Source: Amoebophrya sp. A120
Lineage: Eukaryota > Protista > Dinoflagellata
Reading direction: 5' to 3'
Assembly (NCBI GenBank): GCA_905178155.1
Contig: CAJINV010000013.1
Location: 2,112,281-2,176,280, forward strand
DNA: 64,000 nt
The position numbers were made by a program, and so were the translations under genes. Shown here one piece after another: positions 32,514-45,620 of the stretch. A model generated the notes under the pieces. That model was not told the origin of the DNA, did not search any database, and saw only the letters and a program-made list of their open reading frames with translations. Each line of letters begins with the position of its first letter. Positions within the stretch are counted from its first letter, which is position 1.

Positions 32514-35500
32514 CTAGAACCCACGCGATGTGACCGCCTCCATCTCGGCGTGGTCGTCGAAGAGATTCTCATAGTATGCACTGCTCACAATCGGCGTTTC
32601 GTCCAAGTACTCCTCTCTCGCTTCTTTCGCCACGAACTGCAGATACTCAAAGTCGCCGTCTCTCTCCAAACTGGCCTTCGGCGGTTTCTGCTTTGTGACC
32701 TGCTCAAACGTTACAATCTCAACCGCTCCAATATTGGAGTCTGGATTTTGTATTTTTGCATGATGAGCATGACAGACTCAGACAGTATTCCACTTTTTGC
32801 GATACAAATTTCGCCAGATCTGATTGTAGCGCGGTTTGGGCCTCCGAAATTTGTGATGCGCAATCCTATGAGAGTTGGCTAGATATTCATCATTAATGCA
32901 CTCCTTGCATCACAGATTTCCATATTCTACTGTAACCTTTGACGTTGTAACAGCTGAGCAGGTTATATGCTTCTTCTGATGTTTCTTGTCCTTCTTAGAA
33001 GAAGTCGGAGAGGACTTCGAAACACTAGATGCACTTCCCATGGTCCCCGCCGGCGCCGCGCTGCCTGGGCTATTGTTTAGGGCCATGGAGGCTCGCACAT
33101 TTTTTCCCAACTCCATCTGTGCCCCCGGGATCTCCACCTTGTTGTCGTCGTTTAGATCATAGATGTTGTTTTTGGTGAAGAAATCTCCGGTGCTCTCGGG
33201 CATTCGGTCGTAAAAGCTATCCCGGGTAGTTTCGGGGAGCACGTCCAGGAACTCGCTCATGTTTGCCGACAACAGCTGTTGACTCAGCAGCCGGTCGTTG
33301 GTTACGTTTTCCATGGTTTATGAACTGCAAAAGTAGAAGTATCGCACTCGTATAAATTTAAATGCATTACAAATTTCCTCAGCATGACATAATGCCGATT
33401 TACCTGTAACAAAAGGCTTTGCAATGCATGATTGCAATACGAGTAAGATATTTATACACAGGATATGGTTTTCTGCGCCGCAAACGCCTCCTCCTGTCGC
33501 CGGCGGAAGCTGGGCCACGAACTCATCGGCATCGACTGGTTCTTTTGCGTTCCCGCGGCCGCTTGGGACGACGAGAGGGGATAGTAGAACGACGCGTTCA
33601 TCTCCCCGATAGTTGTAGTACCCTCCCCCGCCGCGAAGGCGTACCTTTCTGCCGCGCTGCTCGCCGGAGCGGCAGAAAGGTACGAACTTCTGCCCGTCAA
33701 AATTCGCGAAGTGGACGCAATCCGCTGCACACCGGCACCAACGTTGGAAGTTGTTCCTCCGCTTGATGATGTGCTCTTTTTTTGCACCGTTAAGTTGAAC
33801 TTCCAATTCGCGCTCGCGGAGGAAGCGGAGGTAGTTTTCTGCTGCTGCTGTAACTTTGAATTTGATCGTTCCACCGAGGCCGAATTTACAGAGGAATTCT
33901 TGCTACCAGAACTCCTGCGCACGACAAACCTCGGGTCGCTGGCCTCCAGAATCACGTCGCCGTTTGAGTTGGTGGTAATGTCAACACGGTCGTAAAGCTC
34001 GTTCTGTTTCCGAGAATAGGAGCTGCTGCTCGACGACGAGCTGCCGGACCTTGCTTTATTTCACACGGAATAAATTTACTAGCATACAAAAACAAATCGA
34101 GTCGATTTGTGTTGACCCATGAACCTGCCTGGATACACAAATAAATCTGGCACACACAAAAACTACACGACAGAATGCCACTTCTTGCGACATGCAGAAG
34201 AAACTACCCTCGTTCGGTGTTCAGTCCTCCATATGATATGATCGTCTTTGCATAATCGTATCAATTTGTACGTTGTGGTACAAGAAATTATGCTAGAAAA
34301 GTTTTTCCGGTGCGATATTGCTCGCTCCGCAGTCAAGTCTACCGGTCCCGTCCTGCTATTCCGACTGGTGCGGTACACCCAGGAACTACTGCTTCGGCGT
34401 TGCTTTTCGTTGACGACCAAGTGGTAGTGAAACCCCAACAGCACCATAATAATGACCGGAATGAGAAATTTGTCGAGGTACGCACAGTCGTTCAAATGCG
34501 CCAGAGTGTCTGGGTTCCAGGAGCACTGCGTCACCAGGTAGGCTATCCCGTATGCATTGCAAACATGTGGTCTGGGTCTGGAAGCGAGCGAACTCGTGAT
34601 GCGTGTTGCGGGTCACACAAAAATCTGTCTTGACAATATTGCAAAAGATGCCTACTTCTGACCATGCTGGTGAGAGCTGATTCTGCATGCAGAAGAGGCA
34701 CTACTAAGTGGCTGCAGAACGTGTGACGCTAAGCCCTGCATTCCATTGCAGATTGGAAAAATTGCACGACAAATCTCGAGATCTTCCCGACCCAGATAGA
34801 TTTGCGATGCATATCTCGGCGAACAAAGCAATCACGTGCCAGGCGGGAACCTGGTACTTTTCCAAGCACACGCGCTCGAACAGCAAACCTGAGAAATAAA
34901 AAAAAATTCGGATGGAAACTAATACACGGGTCTGCAATGTAGTTGTGACAGTAACTGCCTGGGCTAGCACACGCATTCGAACTACACGCAGAAGCTGTAG
35001 CTAAGATCTACCAGCCAATGGCATCAAAATTTATACCGAAGAAAATCGGAAGAAAGAATAAGAAAGCAGTTATCCAAAACCCTACTTGTAATCATCCCCG
35101 CAGTGACGAAGCAGCAGAAGAGCAAAACGCACACCCTGGGCATGTCCTCGTTCTGCACCGACCTGACGCGCGGACTATTTTGGTTGCCTTCGGTTTGCAG
35201 ACACGGCGTAATAAGCGTGAAGAAGCCGAGATAAAACGCGTTCGCATTCTGCTGCAGCATCAACCGGATGTTGACCAACAGCTCCACAATTTTCGTCACG
35301 CCAAAAAAGATCAGGCTGGCCTCGACAATGCACAGGGCGGAAATATGACAGCCGCAAAAAGTCGAAGCACTACTCGTACTTCCGCGGAGTACTAAGTGGA
35401 AGTTTCTAGGAATTGGGAAAATTCAAAAAAATTCCCACCCCTTCGAATTTTCTTCCGGCTGCAGAAGCTCTCCCTCGCGGTGTTCGGCTTGCCTGGCGCG

Positions 35501-36741
35501 CCTACATTTGTTTGCTGCCTTTGAAAATGGAAACAGCAAAAGACTGCTTCAGACCTGAGACGTATCGCCACGCAGTGAGATCATCACTGCAGGCAGGTAC
35601 TTTTTCAGGTCCCTAACCTCGATCGCCTGCTTGTTATCAGCGGAGGCTCCGCACACACACAAAATCGCTCTGCATTTGAATACGCAGCGACGTCCTCTGC
35701 GGGGGCATCACAGTCAAAGCACTGCACTACGGCCACACGTCGTTGAGGTATCTGGGCTCACTCTACCGATCACCAGCCCGCCGAAAATCTGCGGGCTGAG
35801 GTTGCCAAACTGGTGCTGCAGCTTTGGAAGGGGCCAATGGGGTCGGGCGCGTGGCCTACCCGGCGCGAGGAGGTGCGGAAACATTTGGCCGGGAAGGGGA
35901 AGGATGACCCCGGCGCCTTCAGGCCAAAAGCGCCACCGTGCCACCGCGATTCAATTTCTTAGGAAAATTTTTTCGAACCGGCGCAATTTGGCATCTTGGG
36001 GCCACCCACCCGCCCCAGCAGTCTGCCCTGTGTCCAGGTGCCCTATCTGTGTGGGAATTGTGCGGCGAACTGGTGGGCGGTGCAGTAAGCCCAAATACCG
36101 CAAAGGCCTGCGACTTCGGTGTGTGTCGTTGACTTCGATGCGCCCGTAGGAGTCGCTGCGTTTTTATGAATCGGGAACGATTTGCGTGCGTGTGTGGAGC
36201 CTCCGGCGGTGACAGGTTCGCGATCGAGGTAAGTGCGACCTGAGACGCGCCGTCTTGTTTTGATGCTTTTGGAGAGTGGTAGCGCGTGCGATGTCTACGA
36301 CAGCCTTTTCCTCTTTCCATTTCGCAGTACAACAAACAAATGCTGGCTCGCCACGCCAGCTATACACCGCTACGAGGAGCCGCCGCAGCCGGGGGAGGGT
36401 TCGCAGGGAAGACAATTTTTTCAAATTTTCCCAATTCCTAGAAACTTCCACTTAGTAGTCGAAGCACTACTCGTACTTCCGCGGACTGACTTCCGAAGTA
36501 GATCACCCTGCTGCTCATCCGCACTGTCAGTGTAGTAGTTTTTGGCTTTACTCGAGCCTGCTCCCGCGCCGGGGGGCAGAAGGGGCGACGATGAATTCCG
36601 ATTCCCAGCAGTCCTACCCTGCTGTGGATTCGTCGTCGCTTGTCGCAACAGCGGCGTTTGCTCACTTCGAGAACCTTGCTGTTCGTAGTTGATCTGGTCC
36701 TCCGCGAACCAGCCGTTGGAATTAAGTTTTTTCGAATTCAT
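32514..36741 (-). CDS. Multi-exon membrane protein with S-rich C-terminal tail
   Basis: Joins TSSAST|FCGCH (foldback removed), MITS|LLFE (GT-AG 34889-35085), FAEI|AYLV, AQKT|MENV, HQKK|QKPP; one junction at ~34050-34350 unresolved; stop codon lies in the TSD of the 4.5-kb element. Confidence 0.6.
32694..32967. mobile_element. IR introner family B, inverted relative to the 20163 copy
   Basis: TGTGACCTGCTCAAACGTTACAA.. / ..TGAGCAGGTTATA; perfect TSD TGCTT; interior is the reverse complement of 20163-20421. Confidence 0.9.
33319..33465. mobile_element. Short IR introner with family A-like ends
   Basis: TAT...ATA; perfect TSD TGGTT; frame restored. Confidence 0.85.
34551..34813. mobile_element. 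IR introner family C
   Basis: TIR TATGCAT(T/C)GCAAA..TCTGGGTC(T/G)GGAAG; TSD TCCCG/TCTCG; frame restored. Confidence 0.88.
35390..36457. mobile_element. Foldback element with ~400-bp imperfect TIRs and 28-bp flanking direct repeat, inside a coding region
   Basis: TACTAAGTGGAAGTTTCTAGGAATTGGGAAAATT is perfectly inverted at both ends; GTCGAAGCACTACTCGTACTTCCGCGGA at 35361-88 and 36458-85. Confidence 0.92.
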
Positions 36742-38279
36742 GATAGTGCAGCTCCAGAAAGTGGTTAATAGGAAAGAGCGAGTTCAATGTCGGAAATTTT
36801 GTTTGGTAAAAGGTAATTTTGGTTATCAAGTTGCATTCATGGGTAGGATGGAATAAAAGAGATAAAACACTCCAACATTCATCCAACGAAAAAAGGCAAT
36901 TTTTCAAATGTAAATGCTCGCCGCAAAAAACAGGGATTACTAGCGTCTGGCGAGCAATAACGACCTAGATACCACACGCTACGCTACCCCCGTAGGGGAA
37001 GATACGCTACGAGACGAAATTACTTTATAGTGGCCTCTATTTGCTTGTGTGGACCTTCTCCTTGGTGTCTATGTACGATCGTGGTCCTCTTCCCCTCTGA
37101 ATGGAGACAAACAAGAAGTTTTCAACATTCTACCCGACTGCGGGGCGAGTATTTTCAAGTACATCGGTCTCGTTGTGTTCTTGATCCACTTGGCAACAAG
37201 GGTGCATGATCTATTAGGATCCGGGAAACCAAAACCGAAAGCAACCGCGGTCCGATTGGACTGTTGGCTGCAGAAGGAGTTTCTTCATTCCTGTCGACAG
37301 ACCGACACATGCCGCTGTACATGCCGCACGTGTTCCTTTTGCTTTTGCAGCAAACCGAAAGGTTGATAATAAAACAGGGCACAATACCGAACAATTCTTC
37401 GAAATCGAATCAAAGTCAAACCGATCCGTGATAGAAAATACTGCTACAACCAGACCGAGCGAGACGTGCGAATAAAAACCCCTCGCAGCTAGGTGTGGCT
37501 AGAAATCGCAACGGCCGATCTTTGTTCTATCGACAAAAATCGAATCTACAGCGAGTTGCGTAGTCAACATCGAGTCGATATTTTTTGTGTTGTTCTTCAT
37601 ACCGCTGAACACTTTTAATATCTTGCCACACTGCACGAGCAAGTACACATTTAGTCTGCTCCTCAAGGAAGTAGAGATCATGCGACCTTTGTTTTTGGTT
37701 CCGTCACGAGCATGCAGGTGAGCTCGGAAAGTTGTATTTGTGCGCGGTATTCTTTTTAAAGCGAGTACTTACTGAAGTTCCAGCACACGACGGCATCAAA
37801 CAACCGTGACCATGCCCAAGCAGTCCGCCGCTCGCAAAACCTGCCGTCGCCTGCTCGCCGAGAAGAGCGCACCTTGAGGGAACGAAGTAGTACGAGTTCA
37901 CAGTATTGTCATCGACCCCTGCGTCCAGCTTCGGAACTCTTCTTGGCTGATGATATCATCGTGCCGCACCCGAAAACTCAATGCGCGGGAAATGTAGTGC
38001 AACTCTTCGGTCGAGAAAGTCAAGTCCGTCTGGGTATCGAAGAGCGGAGAAAGAAGCTTCAACTACTAGCATGTTACTATCGTGTGATAATTTTGAGTAT
38101 GCATTCTGGTTGGTTTCCGAGATGAAACCAAAAACATGTCTCAGACGTGTATGGATTTCGTTTTCGCCTGATGAAGGCATTGCACACAGGATTGATTCGC
38201 CTGTCCTCTTGGCCTGGCTTCCTTCTGTATTTTGTTACGTACAACGCAAATAATCACAGAAGAACAGGCATGCTAGTCG

Positions 38280-39981
38280 CTGGTAAAGATGTGCATTTCT
38301 GCGCGATAAACATTCTGCTTTGCTAGCTCGTTGAATTCCTCGAGTGTCAAGCCCCTGCGGATGATTGATTTAAAGCATCATTCGCCTGTAAAGATGATCT
38401 AAAATTTTCACCCCCTGTGCCGCATGCTATTTTCACACACAGATTCAAACGCAAATCGCGACGGCGCGCTTGATGTTGATTTACTATTCATTCTACTCAG
38501 ACCGGGTTTCTTGTGGTGGCGAAACTGCATCTGCAGCTGCAAAAACTTTTTATTCATATAGAAATACCTTGCCGGCACCATATCGAGTACTGCGTTAGCG
38601 CCCTTTGCGCAGATTGCTTTTCGCAGCTTTTCTAGTCGCATGGATTTCTGGACGCCGAAGTACACACTTACTCCGCCCAGGGCTCCCACGACGGCAGCCA
38701 GAACAAAGCCTATCATGGGATCGAGGCCGAGGTTGAAAAGGCTGGCCCAAATCATCGTGGCAAGGAATAGGTACCTGGGAGATAACGATAAGAGTCAGTA
38801 GTTGATAGTAAATTTCTAATGGATCAAGCTGCAGGGCGGCCTGCTACCTCTTTCTCGTCTACCAGGAGTTTCATTATGCACTATTAAAAATGCGTACTTA
38901 AGGCTTATTTCTAAAACCTACCCTCGTGACATATCGTGAACAAGAGAAAAATGTTCAGTCACGCAAATTGTACCATGCGCCCCTTCCGGTGAAACGTGTC
39001 ATGAAAAGCAGGTATCGGAAAATTGCGAGGCGGATTTGGTTATGCAGCAAAAAAAAATGTCATGTCGTTCACGCGGCAATAGATTGCATGCAAAAACAAG
39101 TAGTAGTTTTTCAATTTCGTCCGCCATCCAACCATGCCTATACACAACTATCCCGCATTGAAAAGAATCCATTTACGATCTGCAAACTAACAGGAAGAGT
39201 ACTCACTGACATGCAGTTCCTGTGAACGACACGGACGCTTTTCCAGTGCGCAATCGTGAAGTTGCGTGTTCTCGTAGGGCATGTCCAGAATAAGCATCAG
39301 CAAACCGAATATCAGAAGGTAGACCTAAATTGAAAACATAGCGACTTACGTACAGATACTTTATTCGTACTATTCGTATTCATCTATTTCTTGTTCTTCC
39401 GTATCTCCTGCATGACCAGCCGCCTCTGCTCATGAACCACAATTAATTTACCCCCACCACGCTCGCCCACTCGGGACCACATGGGAAGTGGGCCATACAA
39501 CGGTGACGATGATGCGACGATCGAAGCAAACTAAATTATACAAACCTGGTTGCAGAAGCTGAAGGGTGATAGGAAGCTGCTGATGCCCCCAATTATTCCA
39601 AGTACGCCGCCTGCCGTGACGCAGCCCTGGACATTTGGTGTCAGTTATCGGTGCCTTCAATTACTATTTGCATTTCCTTTCTCTTCAAAGGAAAGAAACA
39701 GGCCTCGGCCTCCTATCTCTCATGCATGATAACCCATGAGGGCCGCAAGATCCAAAGCACTCTGATTCTGAATCCATTTTCCGTTCTGCTTTTTTATCGA
39801 CAAGCGAAAGTGAGGCACACACTTTCTTCAATTTTTGCGAGTAGACGTTAATAAATAAACACATACCGCCCCGACGAAGAAGAGAAATTTCCACAGCCCG
39901 CCGAAATTTGAGGAGGCAAACGCGCCGATTTTTGCGCCGGCCTCGGTGGCCAGCAAAGCACCTTTCTCCGTGGATGCCATC
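38280..39981 (-). CDS. Fragmented multi-TM protein, possibly COPI-associated/TVP15-like with an EF-hand-like segment; boundaries uncertain
   Basis: Putative exons MASTEKGALL..LWKFLFFVGA, AGGVLGIIGGISSFLSPF, YLFLATMIWASLFNLG..GVSVYFG, GLTLEEFNELAK. Confidence 0.35.
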
Positions 39982-40695
39982 GATTGGTTCTTATGCTTTT
40001 TCACCGAACTGAATCTATCGAAAGTTACTACGTAATATTAAAAAGTGTCCTCTACAGTCTCTGAATCCAGATGTTGTGTCGCCACGAAAGAACTGCACGG
40101 ATTTTGTTTTTATGGTAAAACCAAACTACGCAAACTCCTTCGCTTCTTCCAACTTCTTGCTCTGCTCGTGCTCCTCTTTGATAGATGTAGAGCTAGCTCA
40201 ACGCCTCATACAGGCGCCGTTACGCGCATCGGAAGTTCTAAAGTCGTTGACTACCATACCGCTCCGCTGACACTTGTTCTGAAGATGCTTTAGTGACGCC
40301 ACTCCTTTGAATATGACTCTGACTGGACTCCACGCTTTTACACCTGTATAGATGAAAAAGATTTATTGCTTATGTCTCCTTTCTTGGTACTTAAGCGTCT
40401 GAAAAGTTGTACAAGCTTAGCTCTTGTCCACAGCAGCTCTGCATGTTGCGCCTCTGCTGCACTGAGTGTCTTTGCGAAACCCACCTTCCGTAACGTCGAA
40501 CAACGAAATTCATTATCATTACTTAAATGTAGAAAAGCAACAGCTTCGTGGGCTGGAAGTCCAGAGATTTTTCACATAAAAACGACCGGTTCGGACACTG
40601 ACATCGCGTCATCAATGGCGAGATGAGCTCTTTGTGGAAGTGAATTTCCAGCACATGATTTTTTCTTTCGTCCTCGTCCACTTTCTTCTATATTA

Positions 40696-42142
40696 TCATT
40701 CTGCTTTCGTCCTACTACCGGTGCCGGTCAGCACTGCCGACGTCTTCTGTCTTTCACACGCTCGTCTTTCCAGATAGAAGCAAACAAAACAAATGACGTT
40801 CAAACAGTAGGTGGCGAAGCACACAATGCAGAATTCCTGCAACACAAACTTCAAAACCGAGGCGAGGTAGACCGTGAAGAGCAGGGACGCGATTCCCAGG
40901 TAGTAGTAGAGATCGATGGGAGAGGGCACGAAGTCAAAGGCAGCAATTTTTTTCCACTTTCTTCCAGCTGGGAACGTCAGGACGAGAATAAAATAGACCA
41001 GCCCGAAATACGGAAGGGTAAAATCGTATTTCCCGTGCCTCTCGACCAGCCGAATATGCACTGCAAACATGTCTCGGCTTGGAAGAGTGCACTCGTTCTT
41101 TGTCATGCATTTTTTCAATTACGCAGCTGGCATGGAATCATGCACACAGAATCAAGACAGAATGTTCGAGGACTTCATTCTCCATGCTCCTCCCTCCGAG
41201 TTCGCTCTTGAGGTGGCTAAAGTCAAGCTAAACTTTGGGAGCAGACGCAACAGAGATTTTTTTGCCTGAATCCGAGCACGCATCACGAATTCGGTTCTTT
41301 CCCGAGGACCTAGTTGCAGTGGATATCCAAAATGGCTCAGCAATCTAGCGTAGGAGGATTGAAACACCTTGCTGCAACTCGACCACTTATCCTACAGAAA
41401 AGTAAACCCATACCACGAAAAAACTATCTAGTAAATTTTCCATGCCAGTGGCGCATTTCGTGTGTCTTTCTAGTTGACGGTAACGGCCAGCATAGCAAAC
41501 ACACAGATGACCGAAAACCTTCTCATGCAGATGCAACCGCTTGCATCTTCCATTTTGCATGACAGAACCCAAGCCACGTGGCACATCACCATCTTTATTT
41601 TGTGAAAGAAACACTAACACAGCAGCACCTATCCAATTTTTTCTGTTATGGGTATACTTTCCCCCTTTAGGATACCCCTTGAGGAAGGAAAACAGACTTA
41701 GTATCGGCACTTGCGTCGTTTCGTCAGTGAAGTCACACGCGGCCTGGTACCCCGGGTTTTGTTCCAGCTGCTGTTCCACGTGCAGAGTGTAGAACTGGAG
41801 TAGAATACCGCAATATGCATTACAAATATGTCTGGATTTGAAAAGTTGTGACGCTAACTTGCGAATCCTAAGCAACCTTGAATAAGGGGGGGGGGGGGAC
41901 GCGCATGACAAGTTTCTGAGCTACTAGGTCTTGCGTATACTGCGACTGCATGGGAAATTGAAACTGTAAGTGGAACTGCGTTTTCGCATTACAAAAACAC
42001 AGTGCGGTAGCGTGACACGCATGACCGATCTTTTTTTCCTGTCAGCAAAGCATGACAAATCTTGCAATCTTCCAGACCCACACATATTTGCAATGGATAC
42101 GAAACATCCGGAGAGAAAAACGACGGGAACGCGGAGGAGCAT
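40696..42142 (-). CDS. VKOR: Vitamin K epoxide reductase family protein, 4 exons
   Basis: Reconstructed SGCF|GILLQFYTLHVE..PGYQAACD..LKG|SSCSKVFQSSYA..HFG|LVER..FCIVCFATY; loop cysteines, CS.VF.S motif and CxxC are all present. Confidence 0.88.
41055..41325. mobile_element. IR introner family C (VKOR intron 3)
   Basis: TATGCACTGCAA / TTGCAGTGGATA; TSD CCGAA/TCCAA; frame restored. Confidence 0.8.
41388..41674. mobile_element. IR introner (VKOR intron 2)
   Basis: TIR TATCCTA..AAAGTA(A/T)ACCCATA; TSD CCACT/CCCCT; frame restored. Confidence 0.85.
41814..42099. mobile_element. IR introner family C (VKOR intron 1)
   Basis: Family C TIR; TSD CGCAA/CGAAA; frame restored. Confidence 0.85.
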
Positions 42143-42867
42143 TCTATGGGTCTACTGGTAGACGGGTGGTATTTTTATTGAGCGCTAGTACTTACTGTTT
42201 AATAATAGACAAACTTTACTTCTGACACACACACGCTAGCATTTAGGAATAGGAAAGAGCAATAAAAGAAGTTTGCTCAGCATCGCAGTCCGTGCTTGAC
42301 CCTATCACACGAACGCCTCCTCAGGTTACGTCACGCTGCATCGGGACCAACTACAGGCGCAAGAACTGAGAGCGCGCAACATACATAGGCAATGATCCTT
42401 TCCGCCACAAAAAGACCTGCAACCGAGGGCATCTTGTTTGAACAGCATGCGAGCGCCAGATTGACTAAGGTTGTTGATCTTACACGCTGCGGTGAGAAGA
42501 ATAATCATGAAAAAAGTGCGGCGCACAACGAGACGAGTTACTTCTATTTCATGCAGCTGCCTTCTTCGGGCAGCCACCGTACTCCGCTCCTATGGTGCGT
42601 CGCGCGACTTTTTGAAAAAATGCCAATGTCTGACACGGTTTTGGTTCCGTTTACATGAAGAACAAGAGAGAAAGCTCCACATTTAAACTCAGTTTACTTT
42701 GTCCTGAGCATTGCTTGACTTCACCAAGACCAACACGAAAAAAAGCATCACGATCCTACTCGCTTTTCCTACCGAAACAGCACGGCCACTCGAGATTTAA
42801 GTAGCGCAAGGCATAGTCAACGACGTGCGACACTGACGCCAGGGCCTTCACCTTGACGGCGCCCGGC

Positions 42868-43119
42868 TATGCATTGCGAATATGTCTGGATCTGGAAGGG
42901 TGCAGACTTGTGATTCTTTCTGGCACTCACATACAAATCTGTCGCGCATGAGTAACAAAAGGTGGCCACTTCCGGCCGCGCTGAGTGCGGGTCTCTCATG
43001 CACAGAAGAGAATCGCAAAGCTCTCGCATGAGCTGTTGCGCTAGTCCCTGCATGGCAGACCTAGATCATTACAAGCATCTGCGATCTTTCAGAGGACCCA
43101 GACATATTTGCAGTGAATA
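42868..43119. mobile_element. IR element family C
   Basis: TATGCATTGCGAATATGTCTGG / CCAGACATATTTGCAGTGAATA; no TSD visible, host frame not resolved. Confidence 0.7.
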
Positions 43120-43612
43120 TGAAGCCCTTTCCTTGCTGTGTTCTGTCCAGATATCTTTCCCACGCACGGACGAGGTACTCTTCGTGCTCCCAAATATCAC
43201 AAAGAAACCTTCCCAGCCGCCAAATTCAAAGCGAATAGTTTCTGATTGATATCACGTAGAGAACTTTGATGCATTCCTGCTCAGGATCATGCTGTCGCTC
43301 TGCCTGCTATAGTTCCTCTATGCATCACAAGAAAGTGCCTTGCAGCAATAATGCAATCCTCGCAAAAAATACGAGCACTCTACTCCTATTGAATATGAGG
43401 ACGGTGGCTAATGTTCCCGCTACGATAGAGCAACCGCTCCAAATGCTCCCGGTCGGTGAGGTCCATTTCGCCAAGCCGAACGTGTAACCCATACTCTGCT
43501 TTATCCTGTGCAAAACATAACCCACCACAAGCCTGTCATGCATATTTGCATGTCCAGCACGGAGTGCCAATTGAAGGACTTTCCTGCTCGTGTCTAGAAC
43601 AAATTTTCCATG

Positions 43613-45620
43613 CTACCATCGGAATAAGGAAGTGGATTCGTGGTGCGGCTTTCGTAGCCAAGCGCGACTAGTGCGTTGCATGTCGACATTCATCATGCAG
43701 AGTGAAAGCCTTCCCATCTTGGCTATGCGGTGGGTCTGTTTTTCCAAAGGATATTTCGGAAGGTCCCCCAAGCCTTCATGTCGCGCCCACCGCAAACGCA
43801 TTTCTGGCGGCAGGAGTTCGCCTATCGTTTTGGTCCCGTCATACGCCCACTGCAGGAAGGCACTACTCGCGGCGTCTGCGTCGTGATGTTCCGCGTCGGC
43901 ATAGCTCAAGGTCCACGCACGGCGTATCAAAGTTGAAACTCCCGCCACCGCGCCACCCTGAGGAGGAAACTTCTCACGCTGCAGTTGTGTACTTATACAA
44001 AGCAGGTTGCCATGTGTGTCAGAAGGCACGATGTACGGATTCTAGTTCTGTCAGGCATCGAAAAGCGCTGCAAATACAGCACGCAGGACAAGAATCCAAC
44101 CCTACATTGCCCGGAATAGCATGAAAAGTCGCTCGCTAAAAAGGCCTCTACCGTGTCTCTTTGCCGACTTCGTTTATCCATACAACGAGTCGACCTGTGT
44201 GCATGAGTAACGCATGAGAAGTGTCCCTTTGGCATTGGGTGGGGGGATTTTTCCTCACAATACGGCGCAAGTTGTAGAAGCAGCATGGACTGACCTCTGA
44301 TATGGTAGTTGGATTGGTGGCGTTCCTGCTGGTATTCGTTCCATATGCATGTTAAAGTCACTCTGGGTTTCGGTGTCTGCAAAACTTATGCTCTGCCAGC
44401 AGGAATCTGTGCGTGGTAAGCTCTGTGCGTCATGCATGTTTTACAAGGACAATGTGGCGCGCCTTCAAGCTTGCAACGCCGTCACTACTCATGCTGAGCA
44501 GGCATTGCGTAGGAGCTGTTACTAGAGATTTCTTCATGCCTAGCTGTCTGTGTAATGGCGATGGCGTCTGCTCTCCATCCACCGAATAATTGCACTACAC
44601 GACCCAGGCACACTGGTGACCATTGGTATCTCGATCACAATGACGATATTCAGGAGGGCCGGTGGCAATTCGTCTTTGGTCAAAACCGTATCCGAGCTGT
44701 ATGAGGGAGCACAACTCCCCGTCGTTCTAGTAGCACGCCTACATCGTGTGTGCATGCAATGTTTATCTTGGCGAGACATTTTTCGGAGTAACGCTTGAGC
44801 AGCCAGTACTACTGTCCGTGTGTGAATTTATATATGCTATGCAGAAAGAACTCGCACGCATGACAGATTCATCTCCTGGCTCTGCTCAGACCCTTCAAAC
44901 GAGCAGGGGGACCCGTGCACTCTCATATGTTGGTGTCCGCTTGCACAAATTCCTGTGCCGCCTGTTTGGACAAACGCGGCTCGAGTGACATCGTGGCATT
45001 GACGCGTCTGTCGAACTCTGTGCCGTCGTCCGCGCTGCCGTTTCTGGTTGGAGCCGCTGCAGCAGGCCCGCGCTCGGCATTCAAATTGTTTTTCACCACT
45101 TTGCTGGCGCGATCCTCCCCAGACTGGGCGAAAACCTGGGGTAAGTTGCAATGTGTTTCCAAAGAAGCCAGCCGCTGCCTCGGAAAATGAAATGACAATG
45201 ATGAAACGAGGCAGGGGACGAGCGATTTGATGGTAGTAATACGTCTCAAAGAGCTACATGACAACGAATTGGTCCTACGGCACTAAGCATTGCTGTTACC
45301 CGCTCCACCTCGTCCTCCTGAAGAAAAATGCGCGGAGCATTCCCAAAGGTCCCGTCTTCGCTCTGCCCGCCTTCGTCCGGATCCGGGATGTCGGTTTCCT
45401 GCTCTTCCGCTCCGGCTGCTGTCGCTCGCTTTGCTGCTGTTACGCGCTTCTTAGCTTCTCTTGTCGACAACCTCACTGGGCTCGTACGCGCTTCAGTTGC
45501 GGCATCGTAGTCTACTGCGATATGTTGCTGCTGCTGGTTCTGCGACACCGCGTTCGCAACCGCACGTAGCGGGAGACCAAAAAGTAGCCCCGCGTAGAGG
45601 TCAAAGGATAACCGCGCCAT
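43613..45620 (-). CDS. Multi-exon hypothetical protein with signal-peptide-like start; extent uncertain
   Basis: MARLSFDLYAGLLFGLPLRAVANA start; further ORF pieces at 44923-45264 and 43613-44029. Confidence 0.35.
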
